Positions 18,231-26,490 of a stretch of DNA of 64,000 bases are shown piece by piece. Origin of the DNA: an uncultured bacterium (lineage in GTDB: Bacteria; Patescibacteriota; Saccharimonadia; UBA4664); contig CAVUEQ010000003.1 of NCBI GenBank assembly GCA_963740635.1, positions 33,350 through 97,349 on the forward strand, in the 5' to 3' direction. Each line of letters begins with the position of its first letter. Position 1 is the stretch's first letter. A program made the translations under genes and the position numbers. The notes beneath the pieces are model-generated. The model searched no databases. It was not told the DNA's origin and worked only from the letters and a program-made list of their open reading frames with translations.

Positions 18231-18330
18231 GATGAATACTGTCCCTGGCGTGAGCAAACGGGGTACTGACCCTCCTCCACGGAACGGTGGCTGAGTCCGG
18301 CTCACGCTAGCGGGACAGCATTCCTCCTCC
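18231..18330 (+). other. Unassigned ~100-nt structured element (candidate leader or ncRNA)
   Basis: Nested helices: CTGTCCC (18239-45) with GGGACAG (18312-18), and GCGTGAGC (18248-55) with GCTCACGC (18300-07). These enclose two hairpins, GGGT-ACTG-ACCC and CCAC-GGAACG-GTGG. CCTCCTCC occurs twice (18271-78 and 18323-30). Confidence 0.4.
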
Positions 18331-18363
18331 GCTCTACCCGTATCTACTAAAGAAAGGCATGAA

Positions 18364-19161
18364 ATGACCGAAGAAGCATCCAATCACGCGCCCGATGAGC
18401 AGGCCGACGCAAGCGATCAATTTAGTCGATCTCGTAAATTGAATGACGAGTTGCTCGCGCAAGGAGGTGCGAGGTTGGAGGCTACTCGGGATCAGGTTGA
18501 GACCGCACGAGGTGAAATGAGAGCAGACCTCGAAAGCCGGGGCATTGACCCGAGGTCCGACGCTGAAAAATGGCCGGATTTTTACAGAGTAGTGGGTAAA
18601 TCCGAAACCCTTACCGAGCCTCCTGACGCTTATGACGCCACATATTATGACGAGTCGAGTTTGCCTGAGTATGCCCGTGGCAATCGTGATTTGGTGATAG
18701 CGACAGCTTATGGCGCGGAGCTTCACGGCATCAGTGTAAAATCACTTTCTATTGGTAGTAACAAGAATTGGGCGGATGTAGAGGTGCTCGACATCTCTCG
18801 GCGCCCATTAGTTGAAAGGAAAGGAGAGGGCAACGTCCATAATTTAGGCCAGGATAAAGACGGCAACCCAATCGAGGTACCAGGCAATTATGCACTGGCG
18901 GCTAGAACGACGGATCTCGTAGCTTTCGATGTGGCACCGCTGGCACCAGGCCAGATGGTTACAGTTGGCCGCGCCGACGGCAACTTTGGTTCTGATGTGC
19001 CAGATTTGCTGCCTAGAGCAGTGTCCCGGGATCATTTCGCCATTGGATTGACTGATGACGGCCAAGTGAAAATTGAGAACCACAATCCCACATTTGACAC
19101 GGTGGTGGTCAAACGAAACCTTGCTACAGAGCCGGCTGACAACCTTGAAGCGCATTCCTAA
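18364..19161 (+). CDS. Hypothetical protein with a C-terminal FHA-like domain
   Basis: 265 aa. VTVGRADGNF...AVSRDHFAIGLTDDGQVKIENHNPTFDTVV carries the G-R and S-x-x-H signatures of FHA. The region looks lower in GC than its neighbours by eye. Confidence 0.55.
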   Translation: MTEEASNHAPDEQADASDQFSRSRKLNDELLAQGGARLEATRDQVETARGEMRADLESRGIDPRSDAEKWPDFYRVVGKSETLTEPPDAYDATYYDESSLPEYARGNRDLVIATAYGAELHGISVKSLSIGSNKNWADVEVLDISRRPLVERKGEGNVHNLGQDKDGNPIEVPGNYALAARTTDLVAFDVAPLAPGQMVTVGRADGNFGSDVPDLLPRAVSRDHFAIGLTDDGQVKIENHNPTFDTVVVKRNLATEPADNLEAHS

Positions 19162-19173
19162 TTGGGTGACGCG

Positions 19174-19761
19174 ATGGCTAATGTGAAATCGAAAACTAAG
19201 GCTGAGTCCAATGCGCCCGAGTTGCGGGAGGCCGACCGCGGCCTGGTGATTGTGTATACCGGCGAGGGCAAGGGCAAGACCACCGCGGCCATGGGGCTGG
19301 CGCTGCGGGCCGCCGGGTATGGCCAGCGCGTGCTGGTGATCCAATTTGTGAAGGCCTGGTTTACCGGCGAGAAGGGCGGGTTTGAGCATTTGGACAATGT
19401 GGAGTTTGTGCAGGCCGGGAAAGGTTTCTACCAGATATTGGGCGACAAGCTTCCTAAGGATGAGCATGCCGAAGCCGCCGAGGATGCACTGGCTCTGGCG
19501 CGGGCCAAAATCGCTTCCGGGGACTATGACGTGGTGGTGCTGGACGAGATCATCGGGTCGGTGACAGGCGGGTTGCTGAACGAGGAGGCTTTGCTGGATT
19601 TGGTGGATGCTAAGCCGCTGGATCTGGATTTGGTGCTCACCGGCCACCACGCCAAGCGCCTGCCGAAGCTGCTGGAGCGGGCCGATTTGGTGACGGAGAT
19701 GGTCAAAATCAAGCACCCTTACGACAAAGGGATAATCGCGAAGAAGACGATCGATTACTAA
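19174..19761 (+). CDS. cobO: Cob(I)yrinic acid a,c-diamide / cob(I)alamin adenosyltransferase (CobA/CobO/BtuR type)
   Basis: It has VIVYTGEGKGKTTAAMGLALRAAGYGQRVLVIQFVK and the VVLDEI motif. Start set at ATG 19174. Confidence 0.85.
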   Translation: MANVKSKTKAESNAPELREADRGLVIVYTGEGKGKTTAAMGLALRAAGYGQRVLVIQFVKAWFTGEKGGFEHLDNVEFVQAGKGFYQILGDKLPKDEHAEAAEDALALARAKIASGDYDVVVLDEIIGSVTGGLLNEEALLDLVDAKPLDLDLVLTGHHAKRLPKLLERADLVTEMVKIKHPYDKGIIAKKTIDY

Positions 19762-19803
19762 AGTGCTAATATGGTGGAACCTGAAATGAATGTTGAGGAC
19801 GTT

Positions 19804-20376
19804 ATGAAGAAAATTTCTTGGACTTGGGTGGCTGCGGCCGGGCTGATAGTTGTGGCGGTGCTGTGGCGGGTGCTGAATTGGCAATATTCGGTGGCTCCAA
19901 ACCTGGAGCTGGTGACGGCTTCGGCGCTGGTGGCGGCGGCGTTTTTGGGCCGGCGCGCGGCGGTCGTGGTGCCGCTGGCGATCGTGGCGGCCAGCGACAT
20001 TATCATCGGCAACTCGATGATATTGCTGTTTACGTGGTCGGCATTTGCACTGATCGGATTGGCCGGGTTGCTGCTGCGGCGGTTTACGGGATCGCCGGTG
20101 AAGCTGATGGGCGCGTCGGTGGTGGCGGCGGTGGGGGCCTCGGCGTTCTTCTACGCCTACACCAACTTCGGCGTGTGGCTACTGGGTGACGGCACGATGT
20201 ACGCGAAAAACCTCAGCGGCCTCGTGCAGTGCTACGTGATGGGCCTGCCGTTTTACCGCACCCAGCTGATCGGGAACCTGATTTTCGTGCCGGCGTTTAT
20301 GGGTGCGGCGCTGGCCGTTAAGCACCTGTGGGCTAAGCAGGCCAGTCGGTTGCCGGTACCGGCTCCCAGGAATTAA
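19804..20376 (+). CDS. Multi-pass membrane protein, possible vitamin (cobalamin?) uptake component
   Basis: About 190 aa with 5-6 TM segments, starting MKKISWTWVAAAGLIVVAVLW. The functional guess rests only on adjacency to cobO and nrdJ. Confidence 0.5.
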   Translation: MKKISWTWVAAAGLIVVAVLWRVLNWQYSVAPNLELVTASALVAAAFLGRRAAVVVPLAIVAASDIIIGNSMILLFTWSAFALIGLAGLLLRRFTGSPVKLMGASVVAAVGASAFFYAYTNFGVWLLGDGTMYAKNLSGLVQCYVMGLPFYRTQLIGNLIFVPAFMGAALAVKHLWAKQASRLPVPAPRN

Positions 20377-20872
20377 TCAGCTGTTCGAGGATGAAGAGGC
20401 AGTAGATGCGCGTATTAGCATAAATTTGCGAGGCCGGTAAATCCCGTAGTTGGCTGGGGGTGAATTGCTGAATATCGTCTGACTCACCGTGTTGGATGCC
20501 GCCCAGCGGAGGACCCGAGGCCTGCATTACGTAAACAAGGTCGGAGTGGAAATGCGCTTCCCGTTCTAGTGGGTGGGTATTGAAAAAGGCCGGCAACGGG
20601 TGCGAGACTACTTCCGGAAGAGTGCGGCGCAGGCTGCCCGGGGGCTGCAGGACTGCCAGCTGCCGGGGCGAGTACCCAGACTCCTCGCGAATCTCTCGCA
20701 GAGCACCCTGCCAGGGCGTTTCATCGAGCTCGATGTGGCCGCCGAATTGCATCATCATATCGTACTTGCGGTGCCGGTGGAGCATCACCGCGGGCTCCGG
20801 GCCGTCGGTGCGGATAATGAAAGCCGAGGTGGTGAAGTCGTGAGCACCGGGCTCGGTGTGGATATGCGCCAT
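20333..20872 (-). CDS. NUDIX hydrolase
   Basis: Nudix box GGHIELDETPWQGALREIREESGY. Confidence 0.8.
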   Translation of the reverse strand: MAHIHTEPGAHDFTTSAFIIRTDGPEPAVMLHRHRKYDMMMQFGGHIELDETPWQGALREIREESGYSPRQLAVLQPPGSLRRTLPEVVSHPLPAFFNTHPLEREAHFHSDLVYVMQASGPPLGGIQHGESDDIQQFTPSQLRDLPASQIYANTRIYCLFILEQLINSWEPVPATDWPA

Positions 20873-20876
20873 GCGC

Positions 20877-21044
20877 CTATGATACAGGACGGCGCGACGG
20901 TTTGGGCATGGGCGGCGCGTAGCGGTTGGCCAGCTCAGTGAGGCGCTCGGCCAATTCCCGGGGGTCGCGCTCGAGCACTTTGCTCAAGAAATTCAGCCGC
21001 TGTTCGTAGACGGCCCAGGATTCAGGTTTTTTTAGCTTCTTCAT
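20877..21044 (-). CDS. Possible 55-aa protein upstream of the NUDIX gene
   Basis: Own translation, below the track cutoff: MKKLKKPESWAVYEQRLNFLSKVLERDPRELAERLTELANRYAPPMPKPSRRPVS. GGGAGA lies upstream and the stop is 5 nt before the NUDIX ATG. Confidence 0.35.
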   Translation of the reverse strand: MKKLKKPESWAVYEQRLNFLSKVLERDPRELAERLTELANRYAPPMPKPSRRPVS

Positions 21045-21105
21045 GACTATTCTCCCTTGTCATCACCAATGTACAAAAGCACCCTGAGACCCGCCTGCGG
21101 AAAGC

Positions 21106-21735
21106 CTAAGCGTTTACTGAGAACGGATGGCGCAGCAGGGTGCGGAGCTTGTCGGGCCTCGCCCGGCGGGGATCGCCGAGATAAATTTCGTGGTGGCGGC
21201 CGCGCAAGGCATACCCGTGGGCCGCACAGTAGTCTTCCATTTTCTGAATATTTTCAGCCTCGGCCGAATAGGGGCCGACGTGCATTATTTGAACCGACGG
21301 GCCCTCTTCGAAGGCCTCCAGCCGGAGCTTGGCGAGGGCCGGGTTGGGCTTGCTGAGCTTCAGTTCGCCGAGAGTCTGGGCGAACTCGGCCGGGTCGATA
21401 AAGTCCGGCTGCATGATCATGAGCGTCCAGCGCCACTGGCCGGTGCGGGCGATGTCGAACGGCTGGCCGTCGGCCATCCACCACAGACCCTCCAGCGGGC
21501 TGATGGTATAATCCGGGCCCAGGCCGGCTTTCTTACGCGCAAACTTCAGCGTGAAGGTAATGCTATACAGCGCGCCGATGGCATTCTGAAACTCGGGCGA
21601 AGCCTCCGGGCCGCCCTGAGCGCCCTCGCCATCCACCATCGCAAAGATGAATTTGGGCACCACTACTTCCCCGACCTTACCGGCCGGGGCCGAGTACAGC
21701 TCATGGTATTTTTTCTTGAAATCGATTGTGTCCAT
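21106..21735 (-). CDS. GyrI-like small-molecule-binding domain protein
   Basis: 209 aa. It has PKFIFAMVDGEG...LEGLWW...IMHVGPYSAE...HHEIYLGDPRR motifs. Confidence 0.75.
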   Translation of the reverse strand: MDTIDFKKKYHELYSAPAGKVGEVVVPKFIFAMVDGEGAQGGPEASPEFQNAIGALYSITFTLKFARKKAGLGPDYTISPLEGLWWMADGQPFDIARTGQWRWTLMIMQPDFIDPAEFAQTLGELKLSKPNPALAKLRLEAFEEGPSVQIMHVGPYSAEAENIQKMEDYCAAHGYALRGRHHEIYLGDPRRARPDKLRTLLRHPFSVNA

Positions 21736-21738
21736 GGT

Positions 21739-22077
21739 TTAAGCGCTTACCGCGTGCCGGACGGTCGACAGGACCCACAGCGCCAGCATGGTCCCGGCGA
21801 GCGCGTAGAAGTAGAGCACGCTGCCGGTAATGAGGCCGAGCAAGATCAGCACCAGCGTCAGCCCGCCAAGCACCGACAGCAACATGACTGCCGGGCCGCC
21901 TTTTTGGACGTTGCTTGAGCCGGACGCGCACATCGCTATGCCCAGGACGCCCAGCGCCAACACCCCCACCCGGGGTGTTGTAAGCCAAGTGGTCCAACCC
22001 TGAACTTTCGCGTATAGCAGCGCGATAATACCTCCGGCCAAGACGGTTGATAATGCATCTTTCCAAGTTAATCCCAT
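21739..22077 (-). CDS. Small membrane protein, hypothetical
   Basis: Start set at ATG 22077 (MGLTWKDALSTVLAGG) with GGAGGA upstream. It has 3-4 TM segments. Confidence 0.6.
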   Translation of the reverse strand: MGLTWKDALSTVLAGGIIALLYAKVQGWTTWLTTPRVGVLALGVLGIAMCASGSSNVQKGGPAVMLLSVLGGLTLVLILLGLITGSVLYFYALAGTMLALWVLSTVRHAVSA

Positions 22078-22162
22078 CGCAGATTCCTCCGTTACACCAT
22101 CATGGTACCCGCCGGCCGCAATCACTGCGGTGAGGGGGCAGATAGCGAAGACGTGACCGCGA

Positions 22163-22327
22163 TCACACAAATATAGGCAGCAATAATTGGATTGGACGGG
22201 CGGATTTCCAACCCCAGCGGACGCGGGCGGGCTCCGGATCTGGCGTACGCGAAAAGTACTGCACTTCCTGCCGGCGGATGCGCAACTCTTGGCTGAGCTG
22301 AAAAATTGTCAGGCGTTGCTTCGCCAT
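22163..22327 (-). CDS. Possible small HTH protein
   Basis: MAKQRLTIFQLSQELRIRRQEVQYFSRT... with GGGAG upstream. The similarity to excisionase-type HTH is weak. Confidence 0.3.
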   Translation of the reverse strand: MAKQRLTIFQLSQELRIRRQEVQYFSRTPDPEPARVRWGWKSARPIQLLLPIFV

Positions 22328-22444
22328 CGTTATACTCCCTCGTAACGTTCCACACACTCTCTGACATAAAGGTAAGGCTTATCGGAGCATGGCATCATTG
22401 ACGATGCTCATGCCCCGCGAGTGATGATGATCACACGAAGCCGC

Positions 22445-23092
22445 TTAGAGCTCTCGGCCGATGGATCCGGATAGCAGCTCGAAGTCTTTGATAATAATGT
22501 CGCGGCCGGAGATGGTGATGAGGCCGTCGGTTTTGAGCTTTTGCATTTCGCGGTTGACGGTTTCGCGGGCCAGGCCGGAGCGGGCGCCGATGTCGCCCTC
22601 GTTGAGCGTGATCGACAAGCCTTCGGGACCGGCTTTGCCAAACCGCCGGCCCTCGATGAGCAATTCGTACATCACGCGGCTCTTGGCGCTACTGGCCATG
22701 AGGTGCGCGATGCGGCCGAGCAGGCCGTCGGTGCCGCGGTACACGCGGGCCAGCAGGTCGTAGAGCACATCGGGGTTGGCCTTCACAAATTCCACGACCG
22801 CCTCGGGTGGCGCCATCTGGAGCTCGACGTCTTCCTCGGCCTCGAAGAAGTATTTGTTGGCGGTTTTGTTCATGGCGTAACTCATGGGGAAAAAAGCGGG
22901 CGGGCTAAACACGTTGAGCACCACCTCGTCGCCGCGGTAGCTGATATCGTACTGCTTCACGCGGCCGCTTAGCAGCCGGTAAATGGCCTCCGGATCATCC
23001 TGGGCATGAATTAGGATTTGGCCCTTGGCGTATTTTCGGGGGCGGTATTTGGCGAAGAAGTCTTCGATCTTTTTGGCAATCTGTGGGTCCAT
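22445..23092 (-). CDS. Crp/Fnr family transcriptional regulator
   Basis: Start set at ATG 23092 (MDPQIAKKIEDFF). It has a cNMP-binding-like N-terminal domain and the C-terminal HTH GARSGLARETVNREMQKLKTDGLI. Confidence 0.8.
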   Translation of the reverse strand: MDPQIAKKIEDFFAKYRPRKYAKGQILIHAQDDPEAIYRLLSGRVKQYDISYRGDEVVLNVFSPPAFFPMSYAMNKTANKYFFEAEEDVELQMAPPEAVVEFVKANPDVLYDLLARVYRGTDGLLGRIAHLMASSAKSRVMYELLIEGRRFGKAGPEGLSITLNEGDIGARSGLARETVNREMQKLKTDGLITISGRDIIIKDFELLSGSIGREL

Positions 23093-23099
23093 ACGGCCA

Positions 23100-23480
23100 T
23101 TATATGACGCCGTGGGCGGCAAGACGAGTTTCGCGCCCGGTTTGGGAGATAACTTCGTGCGTGGGAACAATGCGGCTGCGGGTTTTTGACTCCGTGGGCA
23201 GCCCCGTGAGCAGCAGGTAGCCCTGCCACTGGCCGTTGCCGACCAGGAGCTCAAGGTGCTGGTTGTCGGAGTACTTGGGCTCCGAGTCGACGTCGTAGCG
23301 CCGGAAGCGGCCGGTGGCGAGCACGTGGTCGGCGCGGTGCGGCACGTGCGTTGCCACCAGGATTTCGCCGCTGTCGTGAGCGTAAATCCAGGCATAGACC
23401 TGGTCGTCCAGATAAAGAATTTTGACCTGGCCGCGGGTTTCGATGAGGCGGTAATCGCCTTTTTGCAAAAGTTTAATCAT
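23100..23480 (-). CDS. Hypothetical protein
   Basis: 126-aa ORF located 8 nt upstream of the crp-like gene, so probably in the same operon. Confidence 0.6.
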   Translation of the reverse strand: MIKLLQKGDYRLIETRGQVKILYLDDQVYAWIYAHDSGEILVATHVPHRADHVLATGRFRRYDVDSEPKYSDNQHLELLVGNGQWQGYLLLTGLPTESKTRSRIVPTHEVISQTGRETRLAAHGVI

Positions 23481-23511
23481 GCCTCCATCTTAGGGTGTCG
23501 GCGGGATGGCA

Positions 23512-23529
23512 CAGTGACCGGTATCACTG
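23512..23529. promoter_or_regulatory. CRP/FNR-like palindrome
   Basis: CAGTGA-CCGGTA-TCACTG has perfect arms and a GTGA-N6-TCAC core. It lies 32 nt upstream of ATG 23480 and 9 nt after the stop of the upstream dehydrogenase gene. Confidence 0.45.
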
Positions 23530-23537
23530 AGCCGGAG

Positions 23538-24572
23538 TTAGGCAGGAGGCTTGACCTGGTTGACCGGCGCTCCGGCTAAAAAGGCGGTGATGTTTTCGAT
23601 GCTGGTTTGGTTGATGCGGGCGACCGCCTCGCGGGTGTTGAAGGCGTTGTGGTTGGTGAGGATGACGTTGGGCATTTTTTGCAAGATGCTCAGTTCGAAA
23701 CTCTGCTCAAGCACCATCCGGTCGACCTTGGCGGCACGAAGTTGGCCGAGCTCGGCGTCGATGCCGGCCACGTTTTCGCCCTCGAAGACATCGAGCGCGG
23801 CGCCGGCGAGGCGGCCGCTGGACAGCGCTTCGATGAGCGCGCCGCTATCCACGACCTCGCCCCGGGCCGTGTTTACGAGCATGGCAGTGGGCTTCATTTT
23901 GGCGAAGGCGTGAGCGTCCATGAGGTGCCTGGTGCTCGGGATGTTGGGTACGTGGAGGCTGAGCATGTCGGCGGCGGCGAGCACTTCGTCCTGCGACAAG
24001 TATTTGAAACCAAATTGCTCGGCGCGCCCCGGGTCCGGGAAGGCGTCGAAGGCCACCACGTTCATGCCGAAGCCCCGGCCGATGGCGGCGGCGCGGCAGC
24101 CGATGCGGCCGGCGCCGAGAATTCCGAGGGTTTTGCCCAGCAGGTCGGTCCCCTGCAGGGCAACGTGTGAGGTTTGGCCGGCGCGCAGCTGCTCGATGGC
24201 TTGCGGAATTTTGCGGGTGAGAGCCAGCAGCAATCCGAAGGCAAATTCGGCCACCGTGTTTTCCCCGTAGCTCGGCACGTTGGTGACCGTGATGCCGTGC
24301 GCGGCGGCTTCTGCCAGGTCGACGTTGTCGGTGCCGGTGGAGCGGCAGGCGATTAGGCGCAGGTCCGGCATTTTGGCCATCATGCCGGCGGTCACGCGGC
24401 TGTTCACGAACGGCGAGATCACGACCGCGCCGGGCACGGGCTCAACCTCGCCGGGGTGGTAGGTGACGCGGACGTCCGGCGGCAGCGCTGACACCAGGCC
24501 GGCTACCTCCGCCTGAAACTTATCGTCGGCGTCAAAGAAGTGGACCGCGACTCCCCCGTTAGCCATGCTCAA
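23538..24572 (-). CDS. D-isomer-specific 2-hydroxyacid dehydrogenase (D-lactate dehydrogenase-like)
   Basis: 344 aa. It has the GILGAGRIGCRAA NAD-binding motif plus the catalytic R/E/H region. Confidence 0.85.
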   Translation of the reverse strand: MSMANGGVAVHFFDADDKFQAEVAGLVSALPPDVRVTYHPGEVEPVPGAVVISPFVNSRVTAGMMAKMPDLRLIACRSTGTDNVDLAEAAAHGITVTNVPSYGENTVAEFAFGLLLALTRKIPQAIEQLRAGQTSHVALQGTDLLGKTLGILGAGRIGCRAAAIGRGFGMNVVAFDAFPDPGRAEQFGFKYLSQDEVLAAADMLSLHVPNIPSTRHLMDAHAFAKMKPTAMLVNTARGEVVDSGALIEALSSGRLAGAALDVFEGENVAGIDAELGQLRAAKVDRMVLEQSFELSILQKMPNVILTNHNAFNTREAVARINQTSIENITAFLAGAPVNQVKPPA

Positions 24573-25102
24573 CGCTTGGTCCAGCTGAGGTGAACGAGGC
24601 CAAACGCAACCAGTATGCCCATTACGGCCGCCGCGCCGAACATTAGCGCCATCGCCCAGTAGGCAATCACGCCGAAGCGCGAGAAGGCGTAGGCGGTGAG
24701 GAGGCTGGAGCGCAGCATGTCACCCTGGAACAGGGTGGCCTTGAGCCCAGCGAGCTGGGTGTTGGTCTTGTCGGCCGACGCCAAGGCACTGACCTCGGCG
24801 TAGGTCTTACCGCCCGAAGCCTTCATCATGTGCACCCAAATGAACTCATCGGCGTAGGCCTTGGCTTTGATGCCGCTATCCACTTGTTGGCCGGCATATT
24901 GCTGCAGACCCGGGAATTCCTTGGGGTCGAGCGCCGGCGTACCGGCCTTGGGGAAGAAAATCTTCTCCTGGGTGAGCTGGCTGCTAACTTGGTCGTTGGC
25001 GAATGTGTAACCTAAATAGGCGAGGCCGCCTCCGATGAGGAGTACGATCGTCGCCACAATACCGAGCGAAATTAATATTTGGTCGATGACCCTGCGTTTC
25101 AT
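24569..25102 (-). CDS. Membrane protein with N- and C-terminal TM segments, hypothetical
   Basis: 177 aa. It overlaps the downstream dehydrogenase start by 4 nt. Confidence 0.65.
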   Translation of the reverse strand: MKRRVIDQILISLGIVATIVLLIGGGLAYLGYTFANDQVSSQLTQEKIFFPKAGTPALDPKEFPGLQQYAGQQVDSGIKAKAYADEFIWVHMMKASGGKTYAEVSALASADKTNTQLAGLKATLFQGDMLRSSLLTAYAFSRFGVIAYWAMALMFGAAAVMGILVAFGLVHLSWTKR

Positions 25103-25168
25103 TTTCTTATGCCTTTTGGTTTATGGCATTTATTTTAGCATAAGCAATTTAGTGACAAGTGATTTTTG

Positions 25169-25642
25169 TCACAGAGCACCGGGAGCCAGCAGGCGTTGGT
25201 AATCGGCCGGGTGCCTCACATCGTGAAGCTCAAGCGTTTCATTGTAGCCCGACGAAGACAGTTCGAGGGTGATGTTGCCGAAGCGCAAAAGCCGTCCCAG
25301 CCAATCCTGGTGCACGTTAATTTTCTTGATCTTGGAGATGTCATACAGGCGTTCGTTGCGGGCGTATACCCCGTTGTCGGCAACCAGCTGCTGGCCTTCG
25401 ATGACGTACGAGGTGCCGATCCACTCGAGGGTGGTGCGTAGCAGCAAGATGGTGATGAGGATGTATTTCGCCGTGTGCAGGGCCCACAAAAACAACACGA
25501 AATAGCGGAAGTATTCTGCAGACGGCGCCAGCGCTAAGAACAGCATTATCAGCAATGCATAGGCGGTATCTATGAGAAACAGCATCAGCACCAAACGGAC
25601 TCCCAGCGACGCCGGGCTACGTTTTAGGATCGTCGTCTTCAT
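25169..25642 (-). CDS. Membrane-anchored bacterial PH (bPH_2/YdbS-like) domain protein
   Basis: Start set at MKTTILKRSP. Two TM segments are followed by YVIEGQQLVADNGVYARNERLYDISKIKKINVHQDWLGRLLRFGNITL. Confidence 0.65.
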   Translation of the reverse strand: MKTTILKRSPASLGVRLVLMLFLIDTAYALLIMLFLALAPSAEYFRYFVLFLWALHTAKYILITILLLRTTLEWIGTSYVIEGQQLVADNGVYARNERLYDISKIKKINVHQDWLGRLLRFGNITLELSSSGYNETLELHDVRHPADYQRLLAPGAL

Positions 25643-25808
25643 CCCGGGCCTCGTAGTTCCCTTCGAGAAGCCGCGGGTGCTCGAAGCTGTATTTGAGGCC
25701 GGCGAGGAATTTCTTGAGTTTAGGGTGGCGGATAGGCGCAACCGGCTTTCGCGGCGGGTTAATTGTGGGCGGAGTGGGCGCGGTGTTGGGTTGGGTGAGC
25801 GGGCTCAT
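25617..25808 (-). CDS. Possible small Pro-rich protein
   Basis: MSPLTQPNTAPTPPTINPPRKPVAPIRHPKLKKFLAGLKYSFEHPRLLEGNYEARDEDDDPKT. It overlaps the PH-domain gene start by 26 nt and is uncertain. Confidence 0.3.
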   Translation of the reverse strand: MSPLTQPNTAPTPPTINPPRKPVAPIRHPKLKKFLAGLKYSFEHPRLLEGNYEARDEDDDPKT

Positions 25809-25915
25809 GGCTAGCACTCCTCGTTACGGCCTAATCTTAGGCCTCGGGTACGGATGATGCAGTGACGTGGGTCACGATGCTTGTGTGCAGGCGCCGGGAG
25901 CATTATCTTGGTGGT

Positions 25916-26419
25916 ATGGGCGAGACAGACACCAGAGAACCAACAGAAGAAATGACCTTTCGGAAGCTCGAGGAACAGTTTGCCCAGGGCTCGCCCGAAA
26001 TATCCGAAACCGAGCAGCGGCTATCGGCCATCCAAAAGCGCATTGATGCCATCAGGAAGCAAAGCCGGTTCCAGGCACAAACGTCCGCAGCCAGCAGCTT
26101 CCACGATGTCACGACCAACCTGATGAGCTCGGCCAGGTCGTGTGTCCGTTTTTTGAGCGACCCCTTCGACGACGACCCGGACGACCCCGACGATTCCATG
26201 GATGACGCCGCTGTTTTGACAGGATGCATCGAAAAACTGGAGAAGTACCTGGACCTCGTGGAATCTAGAGACGACATCCTGGTGTCGGAAATGACCAACG
26301 GAAGCTACGCCTCGCCGGAGGCCAGGGCGGCCGCGGATCAGGGCGGGTGGGCGATACCAAAATACGTTGACATGTTGGCCCAGCATGCGCTGGACGACCA
26401 GGATCGACCGCCGGCGTGA
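25916..26419 (+). CDS. Hypothetical acidic protein
   Basis: Start set at MGETDTREPTEEM. It contains a DPFDDDPDDPDDSMDD acidic patch and no recognised domain. Confidence 0.55.
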   Translation: MGETDTREPTEEMTFRKLEEQFAQGSPEISETEQRLSAIQKRIDAIRKQSRFQAQTSAASSFHDVTTNLMSSARSCVRFLSDPFDDDPDDPDDSMDDAAVLTGCIEKLEKYLDLVESRDDILVSEMTNGSYASPEARAAADQGGWAIPKYVDMLAQHALDDQDRPPA

Positions 26420-26490
26420 TGAAACGCGTTCAACCGCCGGCGTGACACAGGTCACAGCGCGGGGTTCACGGAAAGCGTAGGCTGGGCCGC

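Noticed and set aside
18231-18330. Whether the structured element is a cobalamin riboswitch or a small SRP (4.5S) RNA.
   Set aside because: It has no B12-box-like GCCACTG or AGYCMGGAGACCKGCC elements. It also lacks the GGAA-tetraloop plus AGCAGC helix-8 signature of SRP RNA on either strand. It stays as an unassigned structure.
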